Positions 40,688 to 51,224 of a stretch of 64,000 nt of DNA are shown piece after piece. A program made the translations under genes and the position numbers. This stretch comes from Lysobacter spongiicola DSM 21749 (lineage in GTDB: Bacteria; Pseudomonadota; Gammaproteobacteria; Xanthomonadales; Xanthomonadaceae), in NCBI RefSeq assembly GCF_900167055.1, contig NZ_FUXP01000005.1, positions 55,003-119,002 of the forward strand, given 5' to 3'. Below the pieces are notes generated by a model. It saw only the letters and a program-made list of their open reading frames with translations. It made no database searches and was not told the origin of the DNA. Each line of letters opens with the position of its first letter. Position 1 is the first letter of the stretch.

Positions 40688-42151
40688 ATGGCCGACCACG
40701 ACCTGCGCTCGTTTCTCGCCCGCCTGGAGGCAGCCGGCCAGTTGCGCCGCGTGCGGCAGCCGGTCGATCCGGTCCTGGAATCCACCTCGCTGTGCCTGCG
40801 TGCGCTCAAGTCGGGCGGCCCCGCGCTGTTGATGGAGCAGCCGGTCGGCGCGCGGCATCCCTTGCTCGGTAACCTGTTCGGCCACCGCGACCGGATCGAG
40901 GCGGCACTGGCCGGGCGCCCACTGGCGAGCCTGCGCGAGCTGGGCGAGCTGCTCGCGGCCATCAAGGAGCCGCGCTGGCCCTCCAACCTCAGGCAGGCCC
41001 TGTCCACGTGGCCCGAGCTGGCGCAACTGGCGCACGTTGCGCCCCGGCGCGTGCACGAGGCCGCGTTCCTGGACCAGACCCTCGGCGGCAGCGACATCGA
41101 CCTGTCGCGCCTGCCTATCCAGCACTGCTGGCCACAGGACGCGGCGCGGCTCATCACCTTCGGGCTGGTGATCACCCGCGGCACCCGCAAGCCGCGCCAG
41201 AACGTGGCGATCTACCGGATGCAGGTGATCGGCCCGGACAAGGTGATCATGCGCTGGCTGCCGCACCGTGGCGGTGCGCTCGACCATGCCGACTGGATGG
41301 CCGACCACCCCGACCGGCCGTTCCCGGTACTGGTGGCGATCGGCGCCGACCCGGCCACCATGCTCGCGGCGGTGGCACCGGTGCCGGACACGCTGTCGGA
41401 GTTCGAATTCGCCGGGCTGTTGCGGGGCGAGCGCACGCGGGTCTGGCACAGCGAGCGTACGGGACTGGATGCCCCGGCCGGGGCAGAGATGCTCATCGAG
41501 GGCGTGATCCGTCCGGGCGACACGGCGCTGGAGGGGCCGTTCGGCGACCACACCGGCTATTACAACGCCGCCGACCACTTCCCGGTGCTGAGCATCGAGC
41601 GCCTGCACCTGCGCCGGGACGCCATCTACCACGGCAGCTACATGGGCCGGGCACCCCACGACGAGCCATCGGTGCTGGCGATGGCGCTGAACGACATCTT
41701 CGTGCCGATCCTGCGCAAGGTATTTCCGGAGATCGTCGACTTCTTCCTGCCGCCGGAGGCCTGCTCCTATCGCATCGCGGTGGTGTCGATCCGCAAGCAG
41801 TACGCCGGCCATGCGCGGCGCATCATGATGGGTGTCTGGTCATACCTGCGGCAGTTCACCTACACCAAGTTCGTCATCGTCACCGACGCCGACATCGACG
41901 TGCGCGACTGGTCGCAGGTGATCTGGGCGGTATCGACACGCGTCGACCCGGCGCGCGACTCGATGATCGTCGAAGACACGCCGATCGACTACCTGGACTT
42001 CTCCAGTCCGCGGCCCGGGCTGGGGTCCAAGCTGGGCCTGGACGCCACCAACAAATGGCCCGGCGAGACCAGCCGCACCTGGAGCCGGCCGATCCGGCTC
42101 GATCCGCTGGTCGAGCAGCGTGTCGACGCGCTCTGGAAGGAACTGGCGTAG
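40688..42151 (+). CDS. ubiD: UbiD-family decarboxylase (4-hydroxy-3-polyprenylbenzoate decarboxylase)
   Basis: 487 aa with a conserved UbiD N-terminus ([17 protein letters not shown]) and core. Confidence 0.85.
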   Translation: MADHDLRSFLARLEAAGQLRRVRQPVDPVLESTSLCLRALKSGGPALLMEQPVGARHPLLGNLFGHRDRIEAALAGRPLASLRELGELLAAIKEPRWPSNLRQALSTWPELAQLAHVAPRRVHEAAFLDQTLGGSDIDLSRLPIQHCWPQDAARLITFGLVITRGTRKPRQNVAIYRMQVIGPDKVIMRWLPHRGGALDHADWMADHPDRPFPVLVAIGADPATMLAAVAPVPDTLSEFEFAGLLRGERTRVWHSERTGLDAPAGAEMLIEGVIRPGDTALEGPFGDHTGYYNAADHFPVLSIERLHLRRDAIYHGSYMGRAPHDEPSVLAMALNDIFVPILRKVFPEIVDFFLPPEACSYRIAVVSIRKQYAGHARRIMMGVWSYLRQFTYTKFVIVTDADIDVRDWSQVIWAVSTRVDPARDSMIVEDTPIDYLDFSSPRPGLGSKLGLDATNKWPGETSRTWSRPIRLDPLVEQRVDALWKELA

Positions 42152-42250
42152 CGCACACCGCGAGCATCAGGCGCCTGCTTGATGCGCGTCATTCCGCCCG
42201 GCCCGTCCGGCGCCTATCGTCCGCGCAACTTCAAAGACGGGACCACGCCC

Positions 42251-43483
42251 ATGCAAGCGCTCCGAATCCACTGGCTTGCCCTGGCACTGCTGGCGGCGTC
42301 CGCGCCGGCCGCAGCCGGGGATGCCGCCGGCAAGGGCGGGGCCATCCTCGACCTGCGCTACCGCTTCGAACACGTCACCCAGGACAACGCACTGGACGAC
42401 GCCGACGCGCACACCCTGCGCACCCGCGTCGGTTACCGCACCGGCGCGTGGAACGGCTGGTCGGCACTGGTCGAAGCCGATGATGTCCGGCGGCTGGGCG
42501 GCCGTTACAACGACACCCGCAACGGCCGCACCGGCCATTCGGTCGTGGCCGATCCGGAGGGCACCGCGATCAACCAGGCGTTGCTGCACTTCGGCGGTGA
42601 GCGCGTGGCGGCAACCGTCGGCCGCCAGCGCATCAACCTGGACAACCAGCGTTTCGTGGGCGGCGTGGGCTGGCGCCAGAACGAACAGACCTACGACGGC
42701 GTCATGCTGCAGCTCACTCCCACCAAGAAGTTGAGCGCTACCTACGCATGGCTCGGACGGGTCAACACCGTCTTCGGGCCCGACGACGGCCCCCGTGCCA
42801 ATGCCGTCAACCGCGCCGACTCCGAAGGCGACAGCCACCTGCTCAACCTGCGCTACGCCATCTCGCCGCGCATGGTCGCAACCGGTTACCACTACCGGCT
42901 GGATCTGGACGACCTGGCAGTAACCGCCGGAGCACCGATGGATTCGCTCTCAAGCGCCACCACCGGCTTGCGCCTCGCCGGCACCTTCGAACGGCTGGAC
43001 TACGCGGCCGAGTTCGCCCGGCAGGATGCGCTGCACGGCAACCCGTGGGACCTCGACAGCCACTACCACCTGGTGGAACTGGGAATCCGGCTCGGCAAGG
43101 CACGGCTCGCAGCCGGGGAGGAGTTGCTCGGCGGTGCGGGCGGACCGGGCAACCGTGCGTTCCAGACGCCACTCGGCACCCGGCACAAGTTCCAGGGCTG
43201 GGCCGACATGTTCGTCACCACGCCAGCGGATGGCGTCCAGGACCGGTACGCCGGCGCGGTGGTGCCGGTGGCGGGAGGCTCGCTGCAGGCCTGGTACCAC
43301 GACTTCAGCGCCGAACGTGGCAGCGCTTCATACGGGACCGAACTGGACGTGTCCTACGCCCGCGGCATCCCCGGCGTGCCCGGGCTGGACGCGCTGCTCA
43401 AATACGCGCGCCATGACGCCGATCGCACCAGCCCGACCGTCGATACCGAAAAGTTCTGGCTGCAGGTGCAGTACACCTACTGA
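42251..43483 (+). CDS. alginate-export (AlgE-like) family outer-membrane beta-barrel protein
   Basis: Signal peptide (LALALLAASAPAAAG), alternating beta-strand pattern and a C-terminal aromatic residue (…VQYTY). Confidence 0.6.
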   Translation: MQALRIHWLALALLAASAPAAAGDAAGKGGAILDLRYRFEHVTQDNALDDADAHTLRTRVGYRTGAWNGWSALVEADDVRRLGGRYNDTRNGRTGHSVVADPEGTAINQALLHFGGERVAATVGRQRINLDNQRFVGGVGWRQNEQTYDGVMLQLTPTKKLSATYAWLGRVNTVFGPDDGPRANAVNRADSEGDSHLLNLRYAISPRMVATGYHYRLDLDDLAVTAGAPMDSLSSATTGLRLAGTFERLDYAAEFARQDALHGNPWDLDSHYHLVELGIRLGKARLAAGEELLGGAGGPGNRAFQTPLGTRHKFQGWADMFVTTPADGVQDRYAGAVVPVAGGSLQAWYHDFSAERGSASYGTELDVSYARGIPGVPGLDALLKYARHDADRTSPTVDTEKFWLQVQYTY

Positions 43484-43492
43484 GCCTGCAGG

Positions 43493-43981
43493 TCAGCCCG
43501 GGAAGGCGGGATCCTCGAACAGCCGCCTGTAGTCCTCCACCGCGGCGCGCATCTGCTCCGCGGGGGAGAGATCGGCCGGATCGGCCTCGAGCGCCTGTGC
43601 ACCGGCCATCAGCCGGGCCAGCAATCCGTGCAGCGCCACGTCCGGCTCGGGCGGAAGTTCGCAATGGGCGAACATGAAGGCGGCGGCGTCGTGGACTTCG
43701 GCTGCAAGCAGTTCCACCTCGGCGGCACCGAGGTGTCCGTGGCGGGCGTGCTCCAGTGCTTCGACCACCGCGGACATGCGGCGCATGCCCTCCATCAGGG
43801 GCGCATCGGGTTCGTAGCGCACGTGGTCGGGGGCCACGACAGCGGGCGCATGCACTGCGTGCGCTGCATGTGCGGAATGGGCCGCATGGGCATCGCCGTG
43901 CGGATCCTGCGCGGGCGCGGCAATCGCCACGGCGGGGCATAACAGCAACGGCAACAGGATGGATCGGGGCGGCAGTTTCAT
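43493..43981 (-). CDS. His-rich periplasmic protein (putative metal-binding)
   Basis: Signal peptide followed by a HGDAHAAHSAHAAHAVHA His-Ala repeat. No family was recognised. Confidence 0.45.
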   Translation of the reverse strand: MKLPPRSILLPLLLCPAVAIAAPAQDPHGDAHAAHSAHAAHAVHAPAVVAPDHVRYEPDAPLMEGMRRMSAVVEALEHARHGHLGAAEVELLAAEVHDAAAFMFAHCELPPEPDVALHGLLARLMAGAQALEADPADLSPAEQMRAAVEDYRRLFEDPAFPG

Positions 43982-44043
43982 GGTGTCTCCGGGATCGGTC
44001 GGCATGTCTTTGTCGATCCTATCCGTGGCCGTGGCCGGGCTGC

Positions 44044-44057
44044 CTGACCCAGGTCAA
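44044..44057 (+). promoter_or_regulatory. FNR-like box CTGACCCAGGTCAA
   Basis: One mismatch from TTGAC-N4-GTCAA. About 57 bp upstream of ubiU. Confidence 0.45.
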
Positions 44058-44113
44058 CGACGCGGGCACCCGTTCATCGCCACCATCCCCGATCCACTGA
44101 ACGGGGAGCACGC

Positions 44114-45112
44114 ATGCAACTGGTATGTCCCGCCGGCAACCTGCCGGCGCTTCAGGCCGCCGTCGATGCCGGGGCCAACGCGGTCTACGCCGGCTTCCGC
44201 GACCAGACCAATGCCCGTGCATTCCCCGGGCTGAACTTTTCCGACCAGGAGCTGCAGGCGGGCATCCGCTACGCCCACGCCAAGGGCGCCAAGGTGTACC
44301 TCGCGCTCAACACCTATCCGGACAGCGTGCGCCTGCCGCAGTGGCAGGCCGCGGTCGACCGTGCGGCCGACTTCGGCTGTGATGCGATCATCGCCGCGGA
44401 GATCGCGGTCCTCGCCTATGCCGCCCGCCGCCATCCTGGCCTGCCACGCCACCTCTCCGTGCAGGGCTCGGCGACGACCGGGCCGGCGCTGCGCTTCGCC
44501 CATGAGCGCTTCGGCATCTCCCGCGCGGTGCTGCCGCGGGTGTTGTCGATCCAGCAGGTCGAGCGGCTGTGCCAGCGCTCGCCCGTGGCCATCGAGGTGT
44601 TCGCCTTCGGCAGCCTTTGCATCATGGTCGAAGGCCGTTGCCAGCTCTCCAGCTATGTCACCGGCGCCTCGCCCAACCGCCATGGCGTGTGCTCCCCGGC
44701 CAAGTTCGTGCGCTGGGACGAGTTCGACGACGGCAGCCGCACCGCACGCCTCAACGATGTGCTGATCGACCGCTTCGAGCCCAGCGAACCGGCCGGCTAC
44801 CCCACGGTCTGCAAGGGCCGGTTCGAGGTCGGTGGCGAGACCTTCCATGCGCTGGAAGAGCCGACCAGCCTCAACACCATGGAACTGTTGCCGCGGCTGG
44901 CGCGGGCGGGAGTGGCCGCACTGAAGATCGAAGGCCGCCAGCGCGGGGTGGCCTACGTCAGCGCCATCACCCGCACCTGGCGCACCGCGCTGGACCGCTA
45001 TGCCTCGCATCCGGAGTCCTGGGCGGTGGACGAGGAATGGCAGCGTTCGCTGTCCCGGCACGCCGAGGGTCACCAGACCACGCTCGGTCCCTACCACCGC
45101 TCCTGGCACTGA
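44114..45112 (+). CDS. ubiU: U32-family protein UbiU (O2-independent ubiquinone hydroxylation)
   Basis: U32 peptidase fold with the conserved Cys cluster. It is paired with ubiV downstream and is similar to YhbU. Confidence 0.8.
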   Translation: MQLVCPAGNLPALQAAVDAGANAVYAGFRDQTNARAFPGLNFSDQELQAGIRYAHAKGAKVYLALNTYPDSVRLPQWQAAVDRAADFGCDAIIAAEIAVLAYAARRHPGLPRHLSVQGSATTGPALRFAHERFGISRAVLPRVLSIQQVERLCQRSPVAIEVFAFGSLCIMVEGRCQLSSYVTGASPNRHGVCSPAKFVRWDEFDDGSRTARLNDVLIDRFEPSEPAGYPTVCKGRFEVGGETFHALEEPTSLNTMELLPRLARAGVAALKIEGRQRGVAYVSAITRTWRTALDRYASHPESWAVDEEWQRSLSRHAEGHQTTLGPYHRSWH

Positions 45113-45122
45113 GGGCCGCGAC

Positions 45123-46007
45123 ATGAAACTGAGCCTTGGCCCCCTCCAGTACTTCTGGCCGCGTGAACGCACCCTCGCCTTCTACCGCGAGGCCGCGGGC
45201 TGGCCGCTGGACGTGATCTACCTCGGTGAAACGGTGTGCAGCAAGCGCCGCGAGCTCGGCACCCGCGACTGGATCGAGCTGGCCGCTGAGCTGGCGGGCA
45301 GCGGCAAGCAGGTGGTGCTGTCCAGCCTGGCCCTGATCGAGGCCGAGTCCGAACTCGGCGTCCTCTCGCGGCTGGTCGCCGACGGCGGCTGCTGGATCGA
45401 GGCGAACGATCTTTCGGCGGTGCAGCTGTGCCGGGAAGCGGGCGTGCCGTTCGTGGCGGGCCCCACGCTCAACATCTACAACCACGAGGCGTTGGCGATG
45501 CTGATGGAGGACGGCCTGCGGCGCTGGGTGCCGGGCGTCGAGCAGGGCGAAACCCTGGTCCGTGAGCTCCGCGATGCGATGTTGGAGACGGGCCAGACAA
45601 TGCCCGAACTCGAGGTGATCGCCTGGGGCCGGCTGCCGCTCTCGCTCTCGGCCCGCTGCTTCACCGCGCGCGCGCTCGACGTGCCCAAGGACCAGTGCGG
45701 CTTCCGCTGCATCGATTATCCGGACGGCATGCCACTGGCCACCCGCGAGGGCCGGCCGTTCCTGCGCATCAATGGCATCCAGGTGCAGGGAGAGGAAACC
45801 ACCGACCTCGGGCCGGAGCTGCCATCCCTGCGCGCGCTGGGCGTCGACCTGCTCCGGATCTACCCGCAGGCCGAAGGCAGCCGCGAGATCGTCGAACACT
45901 TCGATCGGGCCCGCAGCTCTGACACGGCACCGGCGCGGCTTGGCGAACGCAACGGCTACTGGCATGGCGAGCCCGGCATGGTGATGTCCATCGCCGAGCC
46001 CGGCTGA
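45123..46007 (+). CDS. ubiV: U32-family protein UbiV
   Basis: MKLSLGPLQYFW N-terminus typical of YhbV/UbiV, with the Cys motif CGFRC. Confidence 0.8.
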   Translation: MKLSLGPLQYFWPRERTLAFYREAAGWPLDVIYLGETVCSKRRELGTRDWIELAAELAGSGKQVVLSSLALIEAESELGVLSRLVADGGCWIEANDLSAVQLCREAGVPFVAGPTLNIYNHEALAMLMEDGLRRWVPGVEQGETLVRELRDAMLETGQTMPELEVIAWGRLPLSLSARCFTARALDVPKDQCGFRCIDYPDGMPLATREGRPFLRINGIQVQGEETTDLGPELPSLRALGVDLLRIYPQAEGSREIVEHFDRARSSDTAPARLGERNGYWHGEPGMVMSIAEPG

Positions 46008-46027
46008 CGGGCCAGTGGGCCGCGCGG

Positions 46028-46477
46028 CTACCAGTGCAGGTAGAACATCGCCTTGGCCAGCAGCACGATCAGCACCACGTGGGCGAACACGCTGTAGTGG
46101 ATGCGCCGGTAGGCATCCGCCACCGGCCGCTGCCGCCGCCGCAGCGCCATCGCCAGAAGGAAGTGGCCGAACACGCTCAGCGCCAACGTGATCTTGAGCG
46201 TCAACAACAGGTTGAAACTGCCCGCAAACGGCTCCGCCAACGCCGCGCGGTGATGCCAGGCCATCCCCAGCCCGCTGCCGTAGAGCAGCAGCAACACCCA
46301 AGGGATCACCTGCCGCGCGCGTTTGCCGATGCCGCCTTCGACCAGCGTCATCACCCGCTCCGGCACGTGCCGGCGCACCCCCTCCAGGATCACCACTTCG
46401 AAGAACACCGTGCCGGCGAAGGCGATCGCGCCGAACAGGTGCAGCAACAGCAGGTACGGATAGGCGGAGGTGGGCAT
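46028..46477 (-). CDS. small integral membrane protein (4 TM; CopD-like fold?)
   Basis: 149 aa and hydrophobic, with start at MPTSAYPYLLLLHLFG. Family uncertain. Confidence 0.4.
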   Translation of the reverse strand: MPTSAYPYLLLLHLFGAIAFAGTVFFEVVILEGVRRHVPERVMTLVEGGIGKRARQVIPWVLLLLYGSGLGMAWHHRAALAEPFAGSFNLLLTLKITLALSVFGHFLLAMALRRRQRPVADAYRRIHYSVFAHVVLIVLLAKAMFYLHW

Positions 46478-46597
46478 GGCGCCATCGTCTCGCGCGCGGG
46501 TGGTGGCGACTCTGACCAGGGTCAAGTTTGCGCGAGCCGACGCCGCGCACTCTGTTGACTCCCGCGGGGACAACCTCCGGTTGTAGGCGCTTCGGTC

Positions 46598-46693
46598 GTA
46601 GGAGCGACGTGAGTCGCGACCGCGCTCTTGGCAGCGCTCGCGCGCCTGCGGACATGGGGGGATGTACAGGTCGCGACTCACGTCGCTCCTACA
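46598..46693. repeat. variant GTAG palindromic REP (GTAGGAGCGACGTGAGTCGCGACC arms, 48-nt spacer), plus a partial GTAGGCGCTTCGGTC copy at 46583
   Basis: Perfect 24-nt inverted arms. It shares the GTAGGAGCG core with the main family. Confidence 0.85.
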
Positions 46694-46717
46694 CGTCGGG
46701 GCGTTCGACCGGACTCT

Positions 46718-46793
46718 TGTAGGAGCGGCTTCAGCCGCGATCACTGGCCCCGCGGGTGCACGATTTCAGATCGCGGCTGAAGCCGCTCCTACA
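46718..46793. repeat. GTAG-type palindromic REP
   Basis: Same arms as at 1418 and 16355. It lies 7 nt beyond the fabB stop. Confidence 0.9.
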
Positions 46794-46799
46794 TGTCCA

Positions 46800-48050
46800 T
46801 CAGACCCTGGCAAACACCAGCGTGGCGTTGGTGCCGCCGAAGCCGAAGCTGTTGGACATCACCGTCTTCAGTTCCGCATCCTGGCTCTCGCGCAGGATCG
46901 GGAATCCCTCCGCCTTGGGATCCAGCGTCTCGATGTTGGCCGAGCCGGCCATGAACCCGCCGCGCATCATCAACAGGCAGTAGATCGCCTCGTGAACGCT
47001 GGCGGCGCCAAGTGAGTGGCCCGTCAGGGCCTTGGTCGACGACAGCGGCGGGACGTCCTCGCCGAACACTTCGCGTACCGCACCCAGTTCGACCACGTCG
47101 CCGACCGGGGTCGAGGTGCCGTGGGTGTTCAGGTAATCGATGGTCCCGACCTCGCGACCATCGAATCCCGCCAGCGCCATCTTCATGCAGCGCACCGCGC
47201 CTTCCCCGGACGGGGCGACCATGTCGACGCCGTCGGAGGTGACGCCATAACCCACCAGCTCGGCGATGATGTCCGCGCCGCGGGCCTTGGCATGCTCGTA
47301 CTCTTCCAGCACCAGCATGCCGCCACCACCGGCAATGACGAAGCCGTCGCGGTCGATATCGTACGGGCGGGAGGCGGTCTCCGGCGTGTCGTTGTGTTTG
47401 GTCGACAGCGCACCCATCGCGTCGAACTGCGAGGTCATGCCCCAGTGCAGTTCCTCGCCACCGCCGGCGAACATCACGTCCTTGACGCCATGGCGGATGA
47501 GATCCGCGGCCGCGCCGATGCAGTGGGCAGAGGTCGCGCAGGCGGCGGAGATCGAATAGCTCAGCCCACGGATACCGAACGCGGTCGAGAGCGCCGCGGA
47601 CACGGTCGATCCCATCGTGCGCGGCACCATGTAGGGGCCCACCTTGCGCACGCCCTTCTGGCGCATCAGGTCGCCAGTGGCGATCTGCCACTCGGGCGAG
47701 CCGCCACCAGAACCGGCGATCAGCCCGCTGCGCTCGCCGCGCACCTGCTCGTCCGCCAGGCCGGCCTGCGCGATCGCATCGCGCATCGACACGTAGGCGT
47801 AGGCGGCGGCATCGCCCATGAAACGCTTGAGCTTGCGGTCGATCTGCTCGACCAGGTCGATCTGCGGCGCACCTGCGACATGGCTGCGGAGTCCCATCTC
47901 GGCGTATTCGGGAACGAAGCGGATGCCGGCGCGCAGCTTGCGCAGCGACTCGGTGACGCTGGCCGCGGCGTTGCCGATGCACGACACCACGCCCATGCCG
48001 GTCACGACCACGCGGCGGGAACCGCCTCCAGCGGCATTGATGGCAGCCAT
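46800..48050 (-). CDS. fabB: 3-oxoacyl-ACP synthase I
   Basis: KAS I active-site context ([21 protein letters not shown]) and an operon with fabA upstream. Confidence 0.9.
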   Translation of the reverse strand: MAAINAAGGGSRRVVVTGMGVVSCIGNAAASVTESLRKLRAGIRFVPEYAEMGLRSHVAGAPQIDLVEQIDRKLKRFMGDAAAYAYVSMRDAIAQAGLADEQVRGERSGLIAGSGGGSPEWQIATGDLMRQKGVRKVGPYMVPRTMGSTVSAALSTAFGIRGLSYSISAACATSAHCIGAAADLIRHGVKDVMFAGGGEELHWGMTSQFDAMGALSTKHNDTPETASRPYDIDRDGFVIAGGGGMLVLEEYEHAKARGADIIAELVGYGVTSDGVDMVAPSGEGAVRCMKMALAGFDGREVGTIDYLNTHGTSTPVGDVVELGAVREVFGEDVPPLSSTKALTGHSLGAASVHEAIYCLLMMRGGFMAGSANIETLDPKAEGFPILRESQDAELKTVMSNSFGFGGTNATLVFARV

Positions 48051-48051
48051 A

Positions 48052-48567
48052 TCAGAATCCTTCGGTCGAGGAGAACAGGCCGACCCGCAGGTCGGTAGCG
48101 GTATAGATCTCGCGGCCATCGACCAGCGTGCGGCCATCGGCGATGACCAGCTCCAGCTTGCCGCGCATGACCCGGCGGATGTCGATCTCGTAGCTGACCA
48201 GCTTCGCGTCGGGCAACACCTGGCCGGTGAACTTCACCTGGCCCACGCCCAGCGCGCGGCCGCGCCCGGGGGCGCCCAGCCAGGGCAGGTAGAACCCGCA
48301 CAACTGCCACATCGCATCCACGCCGAGGCAGCCGGGCATCACCGGGTCGCCCTGGAAGTGGCAGTCGAAGAACCAGAGGTCCGGACGGATGTCGAGCTCG
48401 GCCCGGACCACGCCCTTGCCGTACTTGCCACCCTCGATCGAGATCTCGGTGATGCGGTCGAACATGAGCATCGGCGGAAGCGGCAGGCGCGCGTTGCCTG
48501 GGCCGAACATCTCGCCACGGCCGCATGCCAGCAGTTGCTCATAGTCGAACGAAGAAGGTCGATTCAT
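48052..48567 (-). CDS. fabA: 3-hydroxydecanoyl-ACP dehydratase/isomerase
   Basis: 171 aa with a FabA hot-dog fold ([24 protein letters not shown]). Confidence 0.9.
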   Translation of the reverse strand: MNRPSSFDYEQLLACGRGEMFGPGNARLPLPPMLMFDRITEISIEGGKYGKGVVRAELDIRPDLWFFDCHFQGDPVMPGCLGVDAMWQLCGFYLPWLGAPGRGRALGVGQVKFTGQVLPDAKLVSYEIDIRRVMRGKLELVIADGRTLVDGREIYTATDLRVGLFSSTEGF

Positions 48568-48710
48568 GTCGTCAGGCGCTGTGGAAACCCCGATTTTGCC
48601 GGTTTGGCGCGATGATTGCGTTGACGGCCATCAACCCGCTGGCCCCGTACGCCGGTGTATGGGCGCTCGCGTTACCGGTTGGAGGGGCTGGTGCGTGCCG
48701 GAAACCGGCC

Positions 48711-50153
48711 TCAGGCGGCGGTCCTGGAGACGGCCGGAGGCAGGGGTTCGTCCTCGCGCCAGTGGGCGCCGGTGCTGACCCGCCGCTGCAGTGCACAGGT
48801 CAGCAGCCGCCAGGCCAGTCCTGCCTGCCATCCCCGCCGGCCCATGGGCGTTACGGTTTCCAGCGCCGCCGCAAGGCCGGCGCCGCTGCGCACCGGCCCT
48901 GCGGCCTCCCACATCACGCTGCGCAGGGTCTGCAGGTCCCCGGCCTGCAGCGACGGCCCCCGCTCGATCACCGCACGCGCACCCGCCCCCTCGCTCGCGC
49001 CAAGCCCCGCCAGGTGCGCCCCGAGCATTCGCCCGAACACCACCCCCTCCAGCAGCGAGTTGCTGGCCAGCCGGTTGGCGCCATGCACGCCGTTGCACGC
49101 CACCTCCCCCACAGCGTGCAGCCCGGGCACGGTGGTCCGCCCCAGGTCGTCCGTCGCTACCCCGCCCATGTGGAAGTGCGCGGCGGCCGTCACCGGGATC
49201 GCCTCCGCCCGCGGGTCGATGCCGTGGGCGAGGCAGGAGGCCAGCACCGTCGGGAAGCGCCGCTCCCAGTCGATCCACCCGCCGCGCGCGTCCAGCACCA
49301 CCCGGCCCGTGTCGCGTCGGGCCTGCCACACGCGGCGCGCGACGATATCCCGCGGCGCCAGGTCCCCTTGCGGATGCACCCCCTCCATCAGTGCGCGGCC
49401 ATCGCCGTCGAACAATCGCGCGCCAGCCCCGCGCAGCGCTTCGGTCACCAGGGGCAACGAGCCGCTGCCGACGTCCAGCGCGGTCGGGTGGAACTGCACG
49501 AACTCCAAGTCGCGCGGATGCGCCCCAACCGCCAGCGCCAGCGCCAGTCCGGCCCCATCTGAACCTGGCGGATTGCTGGTGTGGGCGAACAGGGCACCGA
49601 TGCCGCCGGTCGCCAGCACCACGGTGCCTGCCTGCAGCAGGGCCCCATCGCCCGCGAGGCGGACCCCGGACGCGCGCCCGCCCTGCATCAGCAACGCATC
49701 CACGTCGCCCTCGTACCAGTCGATGTGCGCGGCGGCACGGGCCGCGCTCGACAGCGCGGCCATGGCCGCGGCACCCGTGGCGTCACCCCCCGCGTGCACG
49801 ATGCGGGCAACGCGGTGGCCCCCTTCCCGCCCCAGCCGCAGACGATCGCCATCGCGATCGAACGCGACGCCAAGCGACTGCAGCCAAGAGATCGCCTCCG
49901 GCGCCGCCCTCGTCAACGTCCGTACCCGCGGCCCATCGTTGCGGAACGCGCCCGCCACCAGCGTGTCGCTGGCGTGGGCGTCGGCCGAGTCACCTGCGCC
50001 GACCGCCGCGGCGATGCCCCCCTGGGCCAGCGCGCTCGCGCTGGGTCCGCGACCGGCCCGTCCCAGCAGCACGACCGGTCGGGGCGCCGCGGCCAGCGCG
50101 ACGCTCAACCCGGCGATGCCACTGCCGACCACCACCAGCCGCGTGCCAGCCAT
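48711..50153 (-). CDS. nadB: L-aspartate oxidase
   Basis: FAD Rossmann N-terminus VVGSGIAGLSVA and a fumarate reductase/SDH-like core. Confidence 0.85.
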   Translation of the reverse strand: MAGTRLVVVGSGIAGLSVALAAAPRPVVLLGRAGRGPSASALAQGGIAAAVGAGDSADAHASDTLVAGAFRNDGPRVRTLTRAAPEAISWLQSLGVAFDRDGDRLRLGREGGHRVARIVHAGGDATGAAAMAALSSAARAAAHIDWYEGDVDALLMQGGRASGVRLAGDGALLQAGTVVLATGGIGALFAHTSNPPGSDGAGLALALAVGAHPRDLEFVQFHPTALDVGSGSLPLVTEALRGAGARLFDGDGRALMEGVHPQGDLAPRDIVARRVWQARRDTGRVVLDARGGWIDWERRFPTVLASCLAHGIDPRAEAIPVTAAAHFHMGGVATDDLGRTTVPGLHAVGEVACNGVHGANRLASNSLLEGVVFGRMLGAHLAGLGASEGAGARAVIERGPSLQAGDLQTLRSVMWEAAGPVRSGAGLAAALETVTPMGRRGWQAGLAWRLLTCALQRRVSTGAHWREDEPLPPAVSRTAA

Positions 50154-51187
50154 CAGACCTGCTCGCGCCGGCCCACCGCCAGCATCCGGTCCAGCGCCCG
50201 GCGTGCGCGCTCGGCCACGCCGGGGGCCACCACCACCTCGTGCCTGAGGTCACGCAGGCAGGCATGGATGTTGGGCAGGTTGATCCGCTTCATGTGCGGG
50301 CAGAGGTTGCACGGCTTGATGAACTGCACCCGCGGGAACCGGTTCTTCAGGTTGTCCGCCATCGAGCACTCGGTGATCATCGCCACCCGCTCGGGTTGTT
50401 CCTTTTCAAGCCAGCGGCCCATCGCACTGGTGGAGCCGACGAAATCGGCCTCGGCCAGCACCTCCGGCGAGCACTCCGGGTGCGCGACGACCTTCGTGTC
50501 GAACTGCTCGCGGGTATGTCGCACCTGCTGCGCGGTGAAGGTCTCGTGCACCTCGCAGGTGCCGTTCCAGAGCACCAGCTCGACCTCGGTCTGCGTAGCC
50601 ACCCAGCTACCCAGGTAGCGGTCGGGCAGGAAGATGACCTGCCGGGCGCCGGTTTCGGCAGCGATCGCTTCCACTACCTGCACCGCGTTGGCCGAGGTGC
50701 AGCACGCGTCGGATTCGGCCTTCACTTCGGCCGAAGTGTTGACGTAGCTGACCACCGGCACGCCCGGGTGGCGGGTCCGCAGCGCCCGCACGTCGGCGGC
50801 GGTGATGGAAGCCGCCAACGAGCAGCCGGCCTCCAGGTCCGGGATCAGCACGGTCTTCCCGGGCGCGAGGATCTTTGCGCTCTCGGCCATGAAGTGCACG
50901 CCGCACAGCACGATCAGGTCGCTGTCGCAGTCCGCCGCGGCCTGGGCGAGTGCCAGCGAGTCGCCGGTGATGTCCGCCACCCCGTGGAAGATCTCCGGCG
51001 ACTGGTAGCTGTGCGCCATGATCACCGCGCCGCGATCCTTCTTGAGCGCATTGATCGCATCGATCCATGGCAGGTGCATCGGCACCTCCATGCACGGGAT
51101 CAGTTGTTCGAGCGTCGCCACCAGCGGTGCGTACTCGGTCTCGAGTCCATCGCGCCAGCGCGGCGCGGCCAATGCGTTTGCAGTCAT
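50153..51187 (-). CDS. nadA: quinolinate synthase
   Basis: Conserved NadA Cys ligands and VVAHPECSPEV motifs. Start/stop overlaps with nadB. Confidence 0.9.
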   Translation of the reverse strand: MTANALAAPRWRDGLETEYAPLVATLEQLIPCMEVPMHLPWIDAINALKKDRGAVIMAHSYQSPEIFHGVADITGDSLALAQAAADCDSDLIVLCGVHFMAESAKILAPGKTVLIPDLEAGCSLAASITAADVRALRTRHPGVPVVSYVNTSAEVKAESDACCTSANAVQVVEAIAAETGARQVIFLPDRYLGSWVATQTEVELVLWNGTCEVHETFTAQQVRHTREQFDTKVVAHPECSPEVLAEADFVGSTSAMGRWLEKEQPERVAMITECSMADNLKNRFPRVQFIKPCNLCPHMKRINLPNIHACLRDLRHEVVVAPGVAERARRALDRMLAVGRREQV

Positions 51188-51200
51188 GCGGCTTCGCTTG

Positions 51201-51224
51201 GTAGGAGCGGCTTCAGCCGCGGTC
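51201..51224. repeat. solo half of GTAG REP (single arm, no inverted partner)
   Basis: GTAGGAGCGGCTTCAGCCGCGGTC. The stop codon of ORF 51213-52172 (TGA on the minus strand) lies inside it. Confidence 0.7.

Noticed and set aside
46028-46744. Longer 238-aa form of the small membrane ORF
   Set aside because: The N-terminal 89 aa are encoded across two REP elements and are low-complexity. Start at MPTSAYPY (46477) was preferred.
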